The notes beneath the pieces were generated by a model. That model was given only the letters and a program-made list of their open reading frames with translations, made no database searches and was not told where the DNA came from. The translations under genes and the position numbers were made by a program. 57,505 nucleotides of DNA. Source: an uncultured Thiobacillus sp. GTDB lineage: Bacteria > Pseudomonadota > Gammaproteobacteria > Burkholderiales > Thiobacillaceae. The stretch spans positions 1 to 57,505 of the forward strand of contig CAZYEY010000265.1 of NCBI GenBank assembly GCA_964646585.1, read 5' to 3'. Every line of letters begins with the position of its first letter. The first letter of the stretch is position 1. This document shows positions 28,168 to 36,669 of the stretch, piece after piece.

Positions 28168-29034
28168 ATGCCGTCGGGCCGTGTCGTCGCCGCCCACGGC
28201 CGCCATTTCCGCGTGGAGACCCCGGAAGGGGTGGTGGAATGCGTCATGCGCGGTAAGAAGGGGGGCATTGCCTGCGGCGACCGGGTGACCTTTGAGCTCA
28301 TCCCCTCGGGTGGCGGTGTCATCGAGCAGGTGGAGGATCGGGACAACCTGCTCTACCGCTCCGACGAGATGCGCAGCAAGCTCATCGCCGCCAATCTGGA
28401 TCTGGCGGTGGTGGTCACCGCAGCGGTGCCGTGCTTCCGCGAGGAGCTCCTGATCCGCTGCCTGGTGGCCTGCGAGACCGCCGACATTCCCGCCCTCCTC
28501 CTACTCAACAAGACGGACCTGCCGGAAAGCGCCGCCCTGGCGGACCACCTGGCCGCCTACGCAGCCCTGGGCTATGACTTCCTGGCGGTCTCGGCCCGGG
28601 GCGATCTATCCGCCCTGGAGGCGCGCCTGCGCGGCAGGACCAGCGTCCTGGTGGGAGGCTCGGGCATGGGCAAGAGCACTCTGCTCAACCGCCTGGCGCC
28701 CGACGCCAACGCCGCCACAGGAGAGATTTCCGAATCCCTGGACGCGGGCCGGCACACCACCACCCACGCGAGGATGTATCGGCTGCCGGGGGGAGGCCAT
28801 CTGATCGATTCGCCAGGCATGCAGGAATTCGGCCTCCAACACCTGGACGCTGCGAGCCTCATGGCCGCGTTCCCGGAAATCCGGGAGCGTGCAGGCCAGT
28901 GCCGCTTCTACAACTGCCGCCACCTCAAGGAACCCGGCTGCGCCGTGCGGGAGGCCGCCGAAACCGGCGCCATGCTGCCGGCCCGCTACAAGGTCTATCA
29001 GTCCCTGCTGGGGCAGCTAGCCTCCTCCCTCTGA
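28168..29034 (+). CDS. rsgA: ribosome small-subunit-dependent GTPase A
   Basis: Circularly permuted GTPase. NKTDL precedes the P-loop GGSGMGKSTLLN. C-terminal Zn cluster CRFYNCRHLKEPGC. Confidence 0.93.
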   Translation: MPSGRVVAAHGRHFRVETPEGVVECVMRGKKGGIACGDRVTFELIPSGGGVIEQVEDRDNLLYRSDEMRSKLIAANLDLAVVVTAAVPCFREELLIRCLVACETADIPALLLLNKTDLPESAALADHLAAYAALGYDFLAVSARGDLSALEARLRGRTSVLVGGSGMGKSTLLNRLAPDANAATGEISESLDAGRHTTTHARMYRLPGGGHLIDSPGMQEFGLQHLDAASLMAAFPEIRERAGQCRFYNCRHLKEPGCAVREAAETGAMLPARYKVYQSLLGQLASSL

Positions 29035-29053
29035 CCGACCCAAGGAGTCCGCC

Positions 29054-29557
29054 ATGAACTTGTCCTCGACCGCCCTCCTCGCCCTGAGCCTTGCCCTGCC
29101 CGCCGCCGCCCGGGCCGAGGCCACCCTGGTCAACACCCCCTACACGGCCCCCAAGGTGGTCTACGACTTTTTTCTGGACGACCCGGCCAAGATGGGCCCC
29201 GCCCTCTACTGGATCCGCTCCCTCATCCTGCCCCTGTCGGTGCCACCCTACGAATACAACCCGGAGACCATCAAGGTGGTGCTGCACGGCACCGAACTGG
29301 TCACCGTGGCGAAGAAGAACGAGACGAAATACAAGGATGTGGTGGAGCGCATGCGCTATTACGCCGACCTGGGCATCGAGTTCAAGGTCTGCGGCCTGGC
29401 CATGCACGACTATGGCTACACCCTGAAGGATCTCCAGGACTTCATCCAGGTGGTGCCCAGCGCCCCGGTGGAACTGGTGCACTGGCAGAACCAGGGCTAC
29501 GCGGTGGTGGTGCCCACCATCCTGGACAAGAAGTTCGACATCGAGAAGATCCGCTGA
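29054..29557 (+). CDS. secreted DsrE-related (COG1416-like) protein
   Basis: Signal peptide MNLSSTALLALSLALPAAARA. The mature part shows KVVYDF..., IKVVLHGTELV and GIEFKVCGLAM...VVPSAPVELVHWQNQGYAVVVP, which resembles the DsrE/DsrF-like family by eye. Confidence 0.6.
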   Translation: MNLSSTALLALSLALPAAARAEATLVNTPYTAPKVVYDFFLDDPAKMGPALYWIRSLILPLSVPPYEYNPETIKVVLHGTELVTVAKKNETKYKDVVERMRYYADLGIEFKVCGLAMHDYGYTLKDLQDFIQVVPSAPVELVHWQNQGYAVVVPTILDKKFDIEKIR

Positions 29558-29569
29558 CGCAGCTCCGCC

Positions 29570-30007
29570 CTACTCCGGCCAGTGCTTGATGTAGCGCTTG
29601 AGCAGGGCGTTCTCGAAGTTGGCCTCCTTGAGGCAGGCCCGGGCCACGTCGTGGAAGGAAATGACTCCCGCCAGCTTGTGTCCGTCCAGCACCACCAGGT
29701 GGCTGGTGTGGCTCTTGGTCATGGCGTCCCGGGCGTAGTCCACGGAATCGTCCAGGGTGGCCACCAAGGGTTCCTTCTCCATGATGTCGCTGACCTTGTA
29801 GCCGGTGAGGCAAACGCTGTCCCGGTGCATGCCGCGCACGATGTCCCGCTCGGTGATGAAGCCCACCAGGGTGTCATCTTTCATCACCACCAGGGAGCCG
29901 ATGCCGTGCTCCACCATGCGGGCCACGGCTTCCTCCACCCGGGCGTCCGGGGCGACGCAGAAGATCTCACCACCCGCCTTCACCTCCAGCACTTCGCGTA
30001 TCTGCAT
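29570..30007 (-). CDS. CBS-pair domain protein
   Basis: 145-aa ORF with two CBS repeats (...IGSLVVMKDDTLVGFITERDIVR... and ...HLVVLDGHKLAGVISFHDVAR...). Confidence 0.85.
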   Translation of the reverse strand: MQIREVLEVKAGGEIFCVAPDARVEEAVARMVEHGIGSLVVMKDDTLVGFITERDIVRGMHRDSVCLTGYKVSDIMEKEPLVATLDDSVDYARDAMTKSHTSHLVVLDGHKLAGVISFHDVARACLKEANFENALLKRYIKHWPE

Positions 30008-30047
30008 GACCGCTCCTCCTCTTCGGCGATTCCGTCGTTATAGCCCG

Positions 30048-30596
30048 TCAGCGCGCCAGGGCCGCTTCCACCTGGTTCCGCTTCTCCCGCCCCACCAGCA
30101 CCTCGATGAGGGTCAAGGCGAAATCCAAGGCCGTGCCCGGCCCCCGGGAGGTGACCACCTTGCCGTCCACCACCACCGCATCCCGGCGCTTGTCGGTGTG
30201 GGGCAGATCCAGGTTGTCCAGCACGCCCGGATAGGCGGTGGCCCGCTTGCCGTCCAGCAGGCCGGCGGCAGCCAGGGCCATGGGGGCTGCGCAGATGGCG
30301 GCGGTATGCTTGCCCGCAGCCGCCATTTTCACAAGCAAGGCGCGGATGCGGGGGTCGTCCCGCAGGTGGTCTGCCCCCGGCAGGCCGCCGGGCAGGGCCA
30401 CCAGGTCGTAGTCCATGGCCAGGGCGTCGTCCAGGGTGGCGTCGGGCTGCACCCGGGTGCCCCGGCTGCCCAGCACCAGGCCGGGCTCCAGGCCGGCGGT
30501 CACCACGGCGATGCCGGCGCGGCGGAGGATATCGACGATGGTCACGGCTTCCAGGTCTTCGAAACCATGGGCCAGGGGCACCAGTACGCTGGGCAT
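30048..30596 (-). CDS. DJ-1/PfpI family protein (YajL-like)
   Basis: 182-aa ORF VLVPLAHGFEDLEAVTIVDILRRAGI... with nucleophile-elbow Cys context AAICAAP. Confidence 0.88.
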   Translation of the reverse strand: MPSVLVPLAHGFEDLEAVTIVDILRRAGIAVVTAGLEPGLVLGSRGTRVQPDATLDDALAMDYDLVALPGGLPGADHLRDDPRIRALLVKMAAAGKHTAAICAAPMALAAAGLLDGKRATAYPGVLDNLDLPHTDKRRDAVVVDGKVVTSRGPGTALDFALTLIEVLVGREKRNQVEAALAR

Positions 30597-30597
30597 G

Positions 30598-31791
30598 TCA
30601 AACTCCTTGGGCGAGCAGCCGGTCCGTCTCCCTCACCGCGCGTTCGGCGCAGTCGCCGATGGACAGGCCATTGAGGTAATTGCCCACCAGGGCCAGGGGC
30701 TCTCCGGCCAGGCGGACATCGATGTCGGCCACCCGGCGGGGGTGCTCCACCCCGGGGGAAGGCAGCCGGTTCAGGCATTCGCGAAAGTGCGCAAAGTCCG
30801 CCGGCCTGGCGCCCAACACCTGGGCGGCCCGGGCCAGCTTCCCCTCCCGGTCCAGGCGGCCGGGACGGAAGTGGAAGGTGAACCCCCGCATGACCGGGTG
30901 GGGCACCGGATCCCGGGTCACCACCGAGAAAAAATCGTCATCGGCGCTGATGAGTCCCGCCACGGCAGGCAGCTTCACCTTCTCTGCCGGCAGCACCAGG
31001 GCCAGGGCCTCGCTGCTGGACATGGGGAAGGTGGACAGGGGCCGGGCGATGTCCGGATAGGCATCTTCCAGCAGGGTGGCGGCCATATCCACCGGCACCG
31101 CCAGCACCAGTCGGCGGCAGGCCAGGGGACCATCCCGGGTCTCCACCCGGAAGCCGGCGCCGTCCCGGGCGATGGCGCCGGCTGGCGCGCCGGCGCGCAC
31201 CGGGAAGGGCGCGTCCTTCGCCAGGGCTTCGATGAGCCCCTGCAAGCCGCCAGGGAAGGTGTACTTGCGGGGCGCCGCCTTCATGCGCGGCTTGCGCCGG
31301 AACAGCCACTCGGCGGGGAAGGCGTCAGCGGGTTGGGACAGCACTGCGGCGAAGGCGGGGGACAGCAACCGGCGGTAGTTGCCCTTGCCCAGCAGGCCGC
31401 CGAACCACTCGGCCACGCTGCGTCCCGGCTTGGCCTTGCCGACGCCGAAAGGCAGGTGGAACGCGGCTTCCAGCAAGCTCAGCCGCTTCATGGGCGAGGC
31501 GGTGGAGCCGTCCTTCTCGATGAAGCGGTATCCCAGCTTTTCCCGGGTCAGCAGTTCCCCCAGCCGGCCCCGCTCGGCCAGGGCTTCCAGCAGGGGGCCA
31601 TAGGAGTTGTAGGCGGTATGGGCGCCCAGTTCCAGCCAGAAATCGGGCGTGGGCCGCCAGGTATGAATGCAGCCCCCCAGGCGTTCCGAGGCTTCCAGCA
31701 CCAGTACCCGGCGCCCGGCCCGGGCCAGGCAGGAGGCGCTCACCAGGCCGCTGGCGCCGCCGCCGATGACGATGCAATCGAAGGTTTCCAT
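30598..31791 (-). CDS. FAD-dependent oxidoreductase, protoporphyrinogen/amine-oxidase-like
   Basis: METFDCIVIGGGASGLVSASCLARAGRRVLVLEASERLGGCIHTW is a GxGxxG...E...GG dinucleotide fold. Its stop is 1 nt from the DJ-1 gene start. Confidence 0.75.
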   Translation of the reverse strand: METFDCIVIGGGASGLVSASCLARAGRRVLVLEASERLGGCIHTWRPTPDFWLELGAHTAYNSYGPLLEALAERGRLGELLTREKLGYRFIEKDGSTASPMKRLSLLEAAFHLPFGVGKAKPGRSVAEWFGGLLGKGNYRRLLSPAFAAVLSQPADAFPAEWLFRRKPRMKAAPRKYTFPGGLQGLIEALAKDAPFPVRAGAPAGAIARDGAGFRVETRDGPLACRRLVLAVPVDMAATLLEDAYPDIARPLSTFPMSSSEALALVLPAEKVKLPAVAGLISADDDFFSVVTRDPVPHPVMRGFTFHFRPGRLDREGKLARAAQVLGARPADFAHFRECLNRLPSPGVEHPRRVADIDVRLAGEPLALVGNYLNGLSIGDCAERAVRETDRLLAQGV

Positions 31792-32052
31792 GGGCGGCTA
31801 CCTTACCGCCCCGGCTTGGGCCCTGGCAACGTGGACGCCGGAACCCGCCAGGAGTCGGGCACGGCGGATGACCGATGAAGGGGGCGGTCCGGAAGCCCCC
31901 ATGGCGGAACCCCGGCTTGCCCCAGCGCCGTGGTCCGGCAGCGCAAGGCGTTCCGCTTCCCATGCGGCCCGCCCGCGGCGAAACCCGAACTTCCCTCCGT
32001 TTCCGGGGTCATCTTTCCTATAGTTCTGTCATCCGCCAATCCAGGACATGCC

Positions 32053-32592
32053 ATGAAAGCCCAGATTCCCAGCCTGCTTCTCGTGATTCTCTTGTCCGGC
32101 TGCGCTACCACCCCGGACGCCGTCCCGACGAGCCATCAAGGCCGCCTGGTTCTTCGCCAGGCCCTCACCATCCCCCCCGATGCCGCCACGGTGCGGCTCC
32201 AACACGGACGCATCGTTGCCAACAACGCCATCCAGGAACAAGACCCCTTCTGCGTCTTCGAGATCGACACCGTGGCGCCCGGGGAGCAGACCGTGCGTCC
32301 CGGCACTTTCACCATCACCGGCATGAGCCGCAGCGTCGAGACCTTCTCCGGCATGCCGGCGGGCTTTCCTCCCTTCCTCTTCCGCCGCGTCGCCCTGGGC
32401 GACAGCGATGGCGGGCCCAGCCAGATCTACTACAAGACCACCTTCCGCCTGAGCGCCCCCGACCAACCGGTGCGGGCCCTGGCGTGCATGAGCAACCAGT
32501 ACATGCCGGGCAACCCCATCATGCGGCACCTGACCCTGGCGGAAATCCGGCAGGCGCTGGGGACCTGGTTCACCCTGGAGTTCCCGGCCTGA
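32053..32592 (+). CDS. hypothetical lipoprotein
   Basis: ORF trimmed to the ATG at 32053. MKAQIPSLLLVILLSGC has a lipobox Cys. I recognised no family. Confidence 0.5.
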   Translation: MKAQIPSLLLVILLSGCATTPDAVPTSHQGRLVLRQALTIPPDAATVRLQHGRIVANNAIQEQDPFCVFEIDTVAPGEQTVRPGTFTITGMSRSVETFSGMPAGFPPFLFRRVALGDSDGGPSQIYYKTTFRLSAPDQPVRALACMSNQYMPGNPIMRHLTLAEIRQALGTWFTLEFPA

Positions 32593-32722
32593 ATTCCACG
32601 ATGGCCGGGATGGCCAGGAGAACATGCGGTCCGGATAGGACCCGGCTCCTGGCTTCGGGACAGGGGTGCGGCTTCCCCCCTGCCTTCGCACCCCGGGGGG
32701 GACACACAGGGTTCTGTCCGGG

Positions 32723-33673
32723 CTACGCCACCCGATTCCTCGGCTCGCCCCGGACGAAGGCTTCGATGTTGCCCATGAGCTGATCCGCCAGGGCCTGCAT
32801 GGCTTCCCGGCCGGACCAGGCCACGTGGGGGGTGAGCAGGAAGTTGGGCAGGTCCAGGTCCAGCAGCGGGTTGCCCTGCCGGGGTGGTTCCTCTGAAAGG
32901 ACGTCGAAACCGGCCCCGGCGATGCGCCGGGTCTTGAGGGCGGTCACCAGGGCAGCCTCGTCCACCACGCCGCCCCGGGCGGTGTTGATGAGCACGGCGT
33001 TGCGCTTCATGAGGCCAAATTCCCGAGTACCAATGAGCTTGTGGGTGGCCTCGGTGAGAGGCGTGTGCAGGCTGAGGTGGTCGGCCCGGGCCAGCACCTC
33101 GTCGAAGGCGGAGCGGCCGGGGCGGATTTCCGCCGCGTCCTTGTGTTCGGCCACCAGCACCTCCATGCCGAAGGCCCGGGCCAGGCGTTCCACGCCGGCG
33201 CCCACGCTACCGTAGCCGATGATTCCCAGGGTGGAGCCGAAAAGGTCGTGCATCTCGTGGTCGAACAGGCAGAACTGCTTCGCCTTCTGCCAGGCACCCT
33301 CGCGCAGGCTTTTTCGCCAGGCCGGCAAATTGCGGCGCAGGGCCAGCAGCAGCATGAAGACATGCTCCGGTACCGTATGCTCGGCATAGCCCCGGATGTT
33401 GCAGACGGCGATGCCCCGTTCCTTGCAGGCTTCCAGGTCCACGTTGTTGACGCCGGTGGCAGCCACGGCGACCAGCCGGAGCTTGTGGCAGGACTCCACC
33501 ACGGCCCGGGTGATGGGGGCCTTGTTGGTGATGGCCACGGTGGCGCGCCAGAGTTTTTCGGCCACTTCCGCCGCCGGGGTTTCCGGGTGCTCCACCCAGA
33601 CGTGATCGAAATCCGGGATGCGCAGATCAGCGATGAGGGTGTCCCGGTCCAGGAAGACGATGTATTCCTTCAA
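32723..33673 (-). CDS. D-isomer-specific 2-hydroxyacid dehydrogenase (glycerate dehydrogenase/hydroxypyruvate reductase-like)
   Basis: 316-aa ORF with NAD-binding LGIIGYGSVGAGV and catalytic-region NTARGGVVDE...DV...EP. Confidence 0.88.
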   Translation of the reverse strand: MKEYIVFLDRDTLIADLRIPDFDHVWVEHPETPAAEVAEKLWRATVAITNKAPITRAVVESCHKLRLVAVAATGVNNVDLEACKERGIAVCNIRGYAEHTVPEHVFMLLLALRRNLPAWRKSLREGAWQKAKQFCLFDHEMHDLFGSTLGIIGYGSVGAGVERLARAFGMEVLVAEHKDAAEIRPGRSAFDEVLARADHLSLHTPLTEATHKLIGTREFGLMKRNAVLINTARGGVVDEAALVTALKTRRIAGAGFDVLSEEPPRQGNPLLDLDLPNFLLTPHVAWSGREAMQALADQLMGNIEAFVRGEPRNRVA

Positions 33674-34551
33674 GGACGGCCTCCGTTGAGTTGTTCGACG
33701 ACTTGGATGAGGGCGGAGGAATCGACGTCGCCGCCACCCTTGCCCACCAGGGCGTTCATGAGCTGGCTCGCCAGGGCGGTGGAGGGCAGGGCCAGGCCCA
33801 GGCGCTGGGCCTCGGCGAGGACGATGCCCAGGTCCTTCTGATGCAGGCGTGCCTTGAAGCCCGGCGTGAAGCTCCGGTCCAGCATGCGTTGGCCATGGAA
33901 CTCCAGGATGCGGCTGTAGGCGGAACCGCCCAGCAGGGCCTGGCGCACCCGGACTGGATCTGCGCCTTGCCGGGCGGCGAAATCCAGGGCCTCGGCCACG
34001 CCCAGGAGGGTGGCGGAGACGGCGATCTGGTTGCAGGCCTTGGCCACCTGGCCGGCACCGGTCTCGCCCACCCGGACGATGTTGTCGCCCAGGACGTCGA
34101 ACAGGGGTTTCACTTTGCGGAAGGCCGCCTCGGGCCCGCCCACCATGATGGACAGGGTACCCGCCTTGGCCCCCGCCTCGCCGCCGGAAACCGGCGCGTC
34201 CAGCAGGACGGCGCCCTGGCGGGCCAGTCGGGCGGCGAAGTCCCGGGTGGCGGCCGGAGAGGTGGTGCCCATGTCCACCACGATGCCCTCCTGGCCGATG
34301 CCGTCCACCACCCCGTCGGGGCCGAACAGCACGGCTTCCACCGCCGCGTCGTCGGAGACGTTGACGAAGACCACGTCGGCCACCTGGGCCACGCCCCTGG
34401 GGGAGACGGCGGCATGGGCGCCCAGCCGCACCAGAGGCTCGGCCCGGGCGTAGTCGCGGGCGAACACGGTGAGGGCATGGCCGGCCTTGAGCAGGTTGAA
34501 GGCCATGGGCTGGCCCATGGTGCCCAGGCCGATGAATCCGGTGGCTGTCAT
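33670..34551 (-). CDS. 2-hydroxy-3-oxopropionate (tartronate semialdehyde) reductase family oxidoreductase
   Basis: 293-aa ORF with GFIGLGTMGQPMAFNLLKAGH and DAPVSGGEAGAKAGTLSIMVGG, a 3-hydroxyisobutyrate dehydrogenase-type protein. Overlaps the downstream dehydrogenase gene by 4 nt. Confidence 0.85.
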   Translation of the reverse strand: MTATGFIGLGTMGQPMAFNLLKAGHALTVFARDYARAEPLVRLGAHAAVSPRGVAQVADVVFVNVSDDAAVEAVLFGPDGVVDGIGQEGIVVDMGTTSPAATRDFAARLARQGAVLLDAPVSGGEAGAKAGTLSIMVGGPEAAFRKVKPLFDVLGDNIVRVGETGAGQVAKACNQIAVSATLLGVAEALDFAARQGADPVRVRQALLGGSAYSRILEFHGQRMLDRSFTPGFKARLHQKDLGIVLAEAQRLGLALPSTALASQLMNALVGKGGGDVDSSALIQVVEQLNGGRP

Positions 34552-34674
34552 GTCAGTTCCGCACGGCTGTTCCGAAGGAACCGACCTCCCCCTCGGGGGG
34601 AAACGAACATAGTGCGTACGGGGGGCGTTTCATTTCAGATCCTTTTGGAACAGCGCGGTGGGTCCGGGTGAAGC

Positions 34675-35565
34675 TCAGTCCGCCAGGGCGAAGAAGGGGA
34701 AACGGGTGTCGAAACCATGCAGGCTGTGTTCCCCCGCATCGGCCATGGGCAGCAGGGGCTTCAGGCGCTGGGCGGCGGGGGCGCTGAAGAGGTTCATGCG
34801 GCTGAGCTGGCCGGCCAGCTTTTCCATGCGAAAGACGAAGTGGACCTCGCCGCCGGAGATGCGCTCCTCCTCGCCGATGGCGACACCGCCAAACACCACC
34901 GGCGCCAAATGGAGGACGAAACGGAAGGCGGGCGGCGTGCCCGCCTGGAGCTGGCGCAGGGCAACCACGCATTCGGCGATGGCCGCCTCCTTGCCAGGCT
35001 CGTCCCGCCAGTAGGCGAAGAAGCCGTCGCCCATGAACTGATTGATGCGGCCGCCGCCAGCCTCGATGATGCGGCGGCAGCTCTTGACCCAGCGGCCGGT
35101 GAGGATGGGCAGTTCTCCCACCGGCACCCGGTTGACCAGATGGGTGGAATCCACGATATCCGCCACCAGCAGCCAGCAATCGCTGGGACGCACGTCGAAC
35201 ATGGTGCCTTCCAAGGTGGCTTCGCCGAAGCGGGTAGCCTCCTTTTCCTGCTCCGGATGGGCCTGGCGGAAGCGGTATTCGACCCCGCCCAGACCGATGC
35301 GGCCGCCATCGGCGAGGCGAACGGCCTGGGTCAGGCGGCGGCCGTCCAGGTAGGTACCGTTGCTGCTGCCCATGTCCACCAGCCAATACTCGCCCTCCCC
35401 CTGGCGCTGGATCATGCTGTGATGACGGGAGATCTTGGGGTCGGCGATGACCACGTCGCATTCCGCCGCCCGCCCCAGGGTGCAGGTGGCGCGAATGGGA
35501 ATGGGGCGGCCCTGGGGATCTTCCAGCCAGGCAGGCCAATGGGGTTGGGGATGAGGGTCGGACAT
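34675..35565 (-). CDS. FHA domain protein fused to a class III nucleotidyl-cyclase homology domain
   Basis: The N-terminal half shows an FHA pattern (CTLGRAAECDVVIADPKISRHHSMI...YWLVDMGSSNGTYLDGRRL). The C-terminal half shows cyclase blocks LLVADIVDSTHL, INQFMGDGFFAYW and GGEVHFVFRMEKLA. Confidence 0.75.
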   Translation of the reverse strand: MSDPHPQPHWPAWLEDPQGRPIPIRATCTLGRAAECDVVIADPKISRHHSMIQRQGEGEYWLVDMGSSNGTYLDGRRLTQAVRLADGGRIGLGGVEYRFRQAHPEQEKEATRFGEATLEGTMFDVRPSDCWLLVADIVDSTHLVNRVPVGELPILTGRWVKSCRRIIEAGGGRINQFMGDGFFAYWRDEPGKEAAIAECVVALRQLQAGTPPAFRFVLHLAPVVFGGVAIGEEERISGGEVHFVFRMEKLAGQLSRMNLFSAPAAQRLKPLLPMADAGEHSLHGFDTRFPFFALAD

Positions 35566-35625
35566 GGGTGAATTATCGCCTCAAGCTTCCCGTCTTGGTC
35601 GCTTCCCGTGTGACGGAATCCGCCC

Positions 35626-36576
35626 CTATCCCCCCAGGAGGGCGATCCACAGCGGCAGGGTGAGCAGGAAGGTCAGACTGGTCCAGCTTGCTGTCAGGGC
35701 CGCTGCCCGCACGTCCAGATTGAAGCGGTCGGCAAAGCTGGCGGCCATGAGCATGGTGGGCATGGCCACCTCGATGATGGCGGCGGTCTGGGCCGGCCTC
35801 AGCTCGCCGAAAGTCATGCGGGCCAGGAGGAACACCAGCAGGGGGGCCACCACCAGCTTGACCGCCACGGCGGCCAGCACCGGCCGGGTGGGTGTCAACC
35901 GTCCCCAGGGAATGGACAGCCCCAGGTTGAAAAGCATGATGGGGATGGTGGCCTGGCCCATGAACTTGGCCGCATGAACCAGGGGCGCCACGTCCGCCCC
36001 GGACAGGTTCACCAAGAAGCCCAGCACGAACCCCCAGATAGGTGGCAGGGTAAGCATGGTACGCAGCAGGCTGTGGCCTTGGCCGCCTTCGTGGCCCAGG
36101 CGGGTGGCGATCCAGACGCCGAAGGTCCAGACCAGGGGCGAGGAGGCCAGCACGTCGGCGAAGGCTGCGTAGCTGCCGCCGATGTCGCCGTACAGGAAGG
36201 TCAGGGTGGGATAACCCATGAACAGCACGTTGCCGAAGGAGCCGGCGAGCAGGATCGCGGCCCGGGTTTCCCGCTTGAGTCCCCGGCCCAGGGGCGAGTG
36301 GAACAGCAAGGGGTAAAGCAGGGCGAAGCTGGCCAGGATGCCGGCGATGGTAATGGCTGGCACAGTCAGCAGTTCGTGGCTGATCTCCGCCTGGGCGGAC
36401 AGGGCGAACAGCAGGGGCGGCGCGAACACATCCACCACCAGCCGGTTCAGGTTCACGCGCAGAGGCTCGGAGGGAAACTGGGGACGGAAGCGGACCCATA
36501 GACCGCCGGCAGCAACCAGAAGGGCGATGGGCAGCCACACCTGGAGCAGCAATCGGAGCAGGAAATCGGTGGTCAT
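35626..36576 (-). CDS. AEC (auxin efflux carrier) family transporter
   Basis: 316-aa polytopic membrane ORF with the typical AEC family layout and sequence (LNRLVVDVFAPPLLF..., two 5-TM halves). Confidence 0.8.
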   Translation of the reverse strand: MTTDFLLRLLLQVWLPIALLVAAGGLWVRFRPQFPSEPLRVNLNRLVVDVFAPPLLFALSAQAEISHELLTVPAITIAGILASFALLYPLLFHSPLGRGLKRETRAAILLAGSFGNVLFMGYPTLTFLYGDIGGSYAAFADVLASSPLVWTFGVWIATRLGHEGGQGHSLLRTMLTLPPIWGFVLGFLVNLSGADVAPLVHAAKFMGQATIPIMLFNLGLSIPWGRLTPTRPVLAAVAVKLVVAPLLVFLLARMTFGELRPAQTAAIIEVAMPTMLMAASFADRFNLDVRAAALTASWTSLTFLLTLPLWIALLGG

Positions 36577-36625
36577 GGTGGCATTCTAGGCACAATCCCA
36601 CCCTTCGCCGCCATGGAACAGGAAC

Positions 36626-36651
36626 AAAAAAAGAGGGGCCGAAGCCCCTCT
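36626..36651 (-). terminator. rho-independent terminator after fccB
   Basis: Stem agaggggc (36632-36639) / gcccctct (36644-36651) with loop cgaa. The plus-strand A-run 36626-36632 gives a U-tract on the minus strand. Confidence 0.8.
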
Positions 36652-36669
36652 TTCCGGTCAGAGTGGGAA

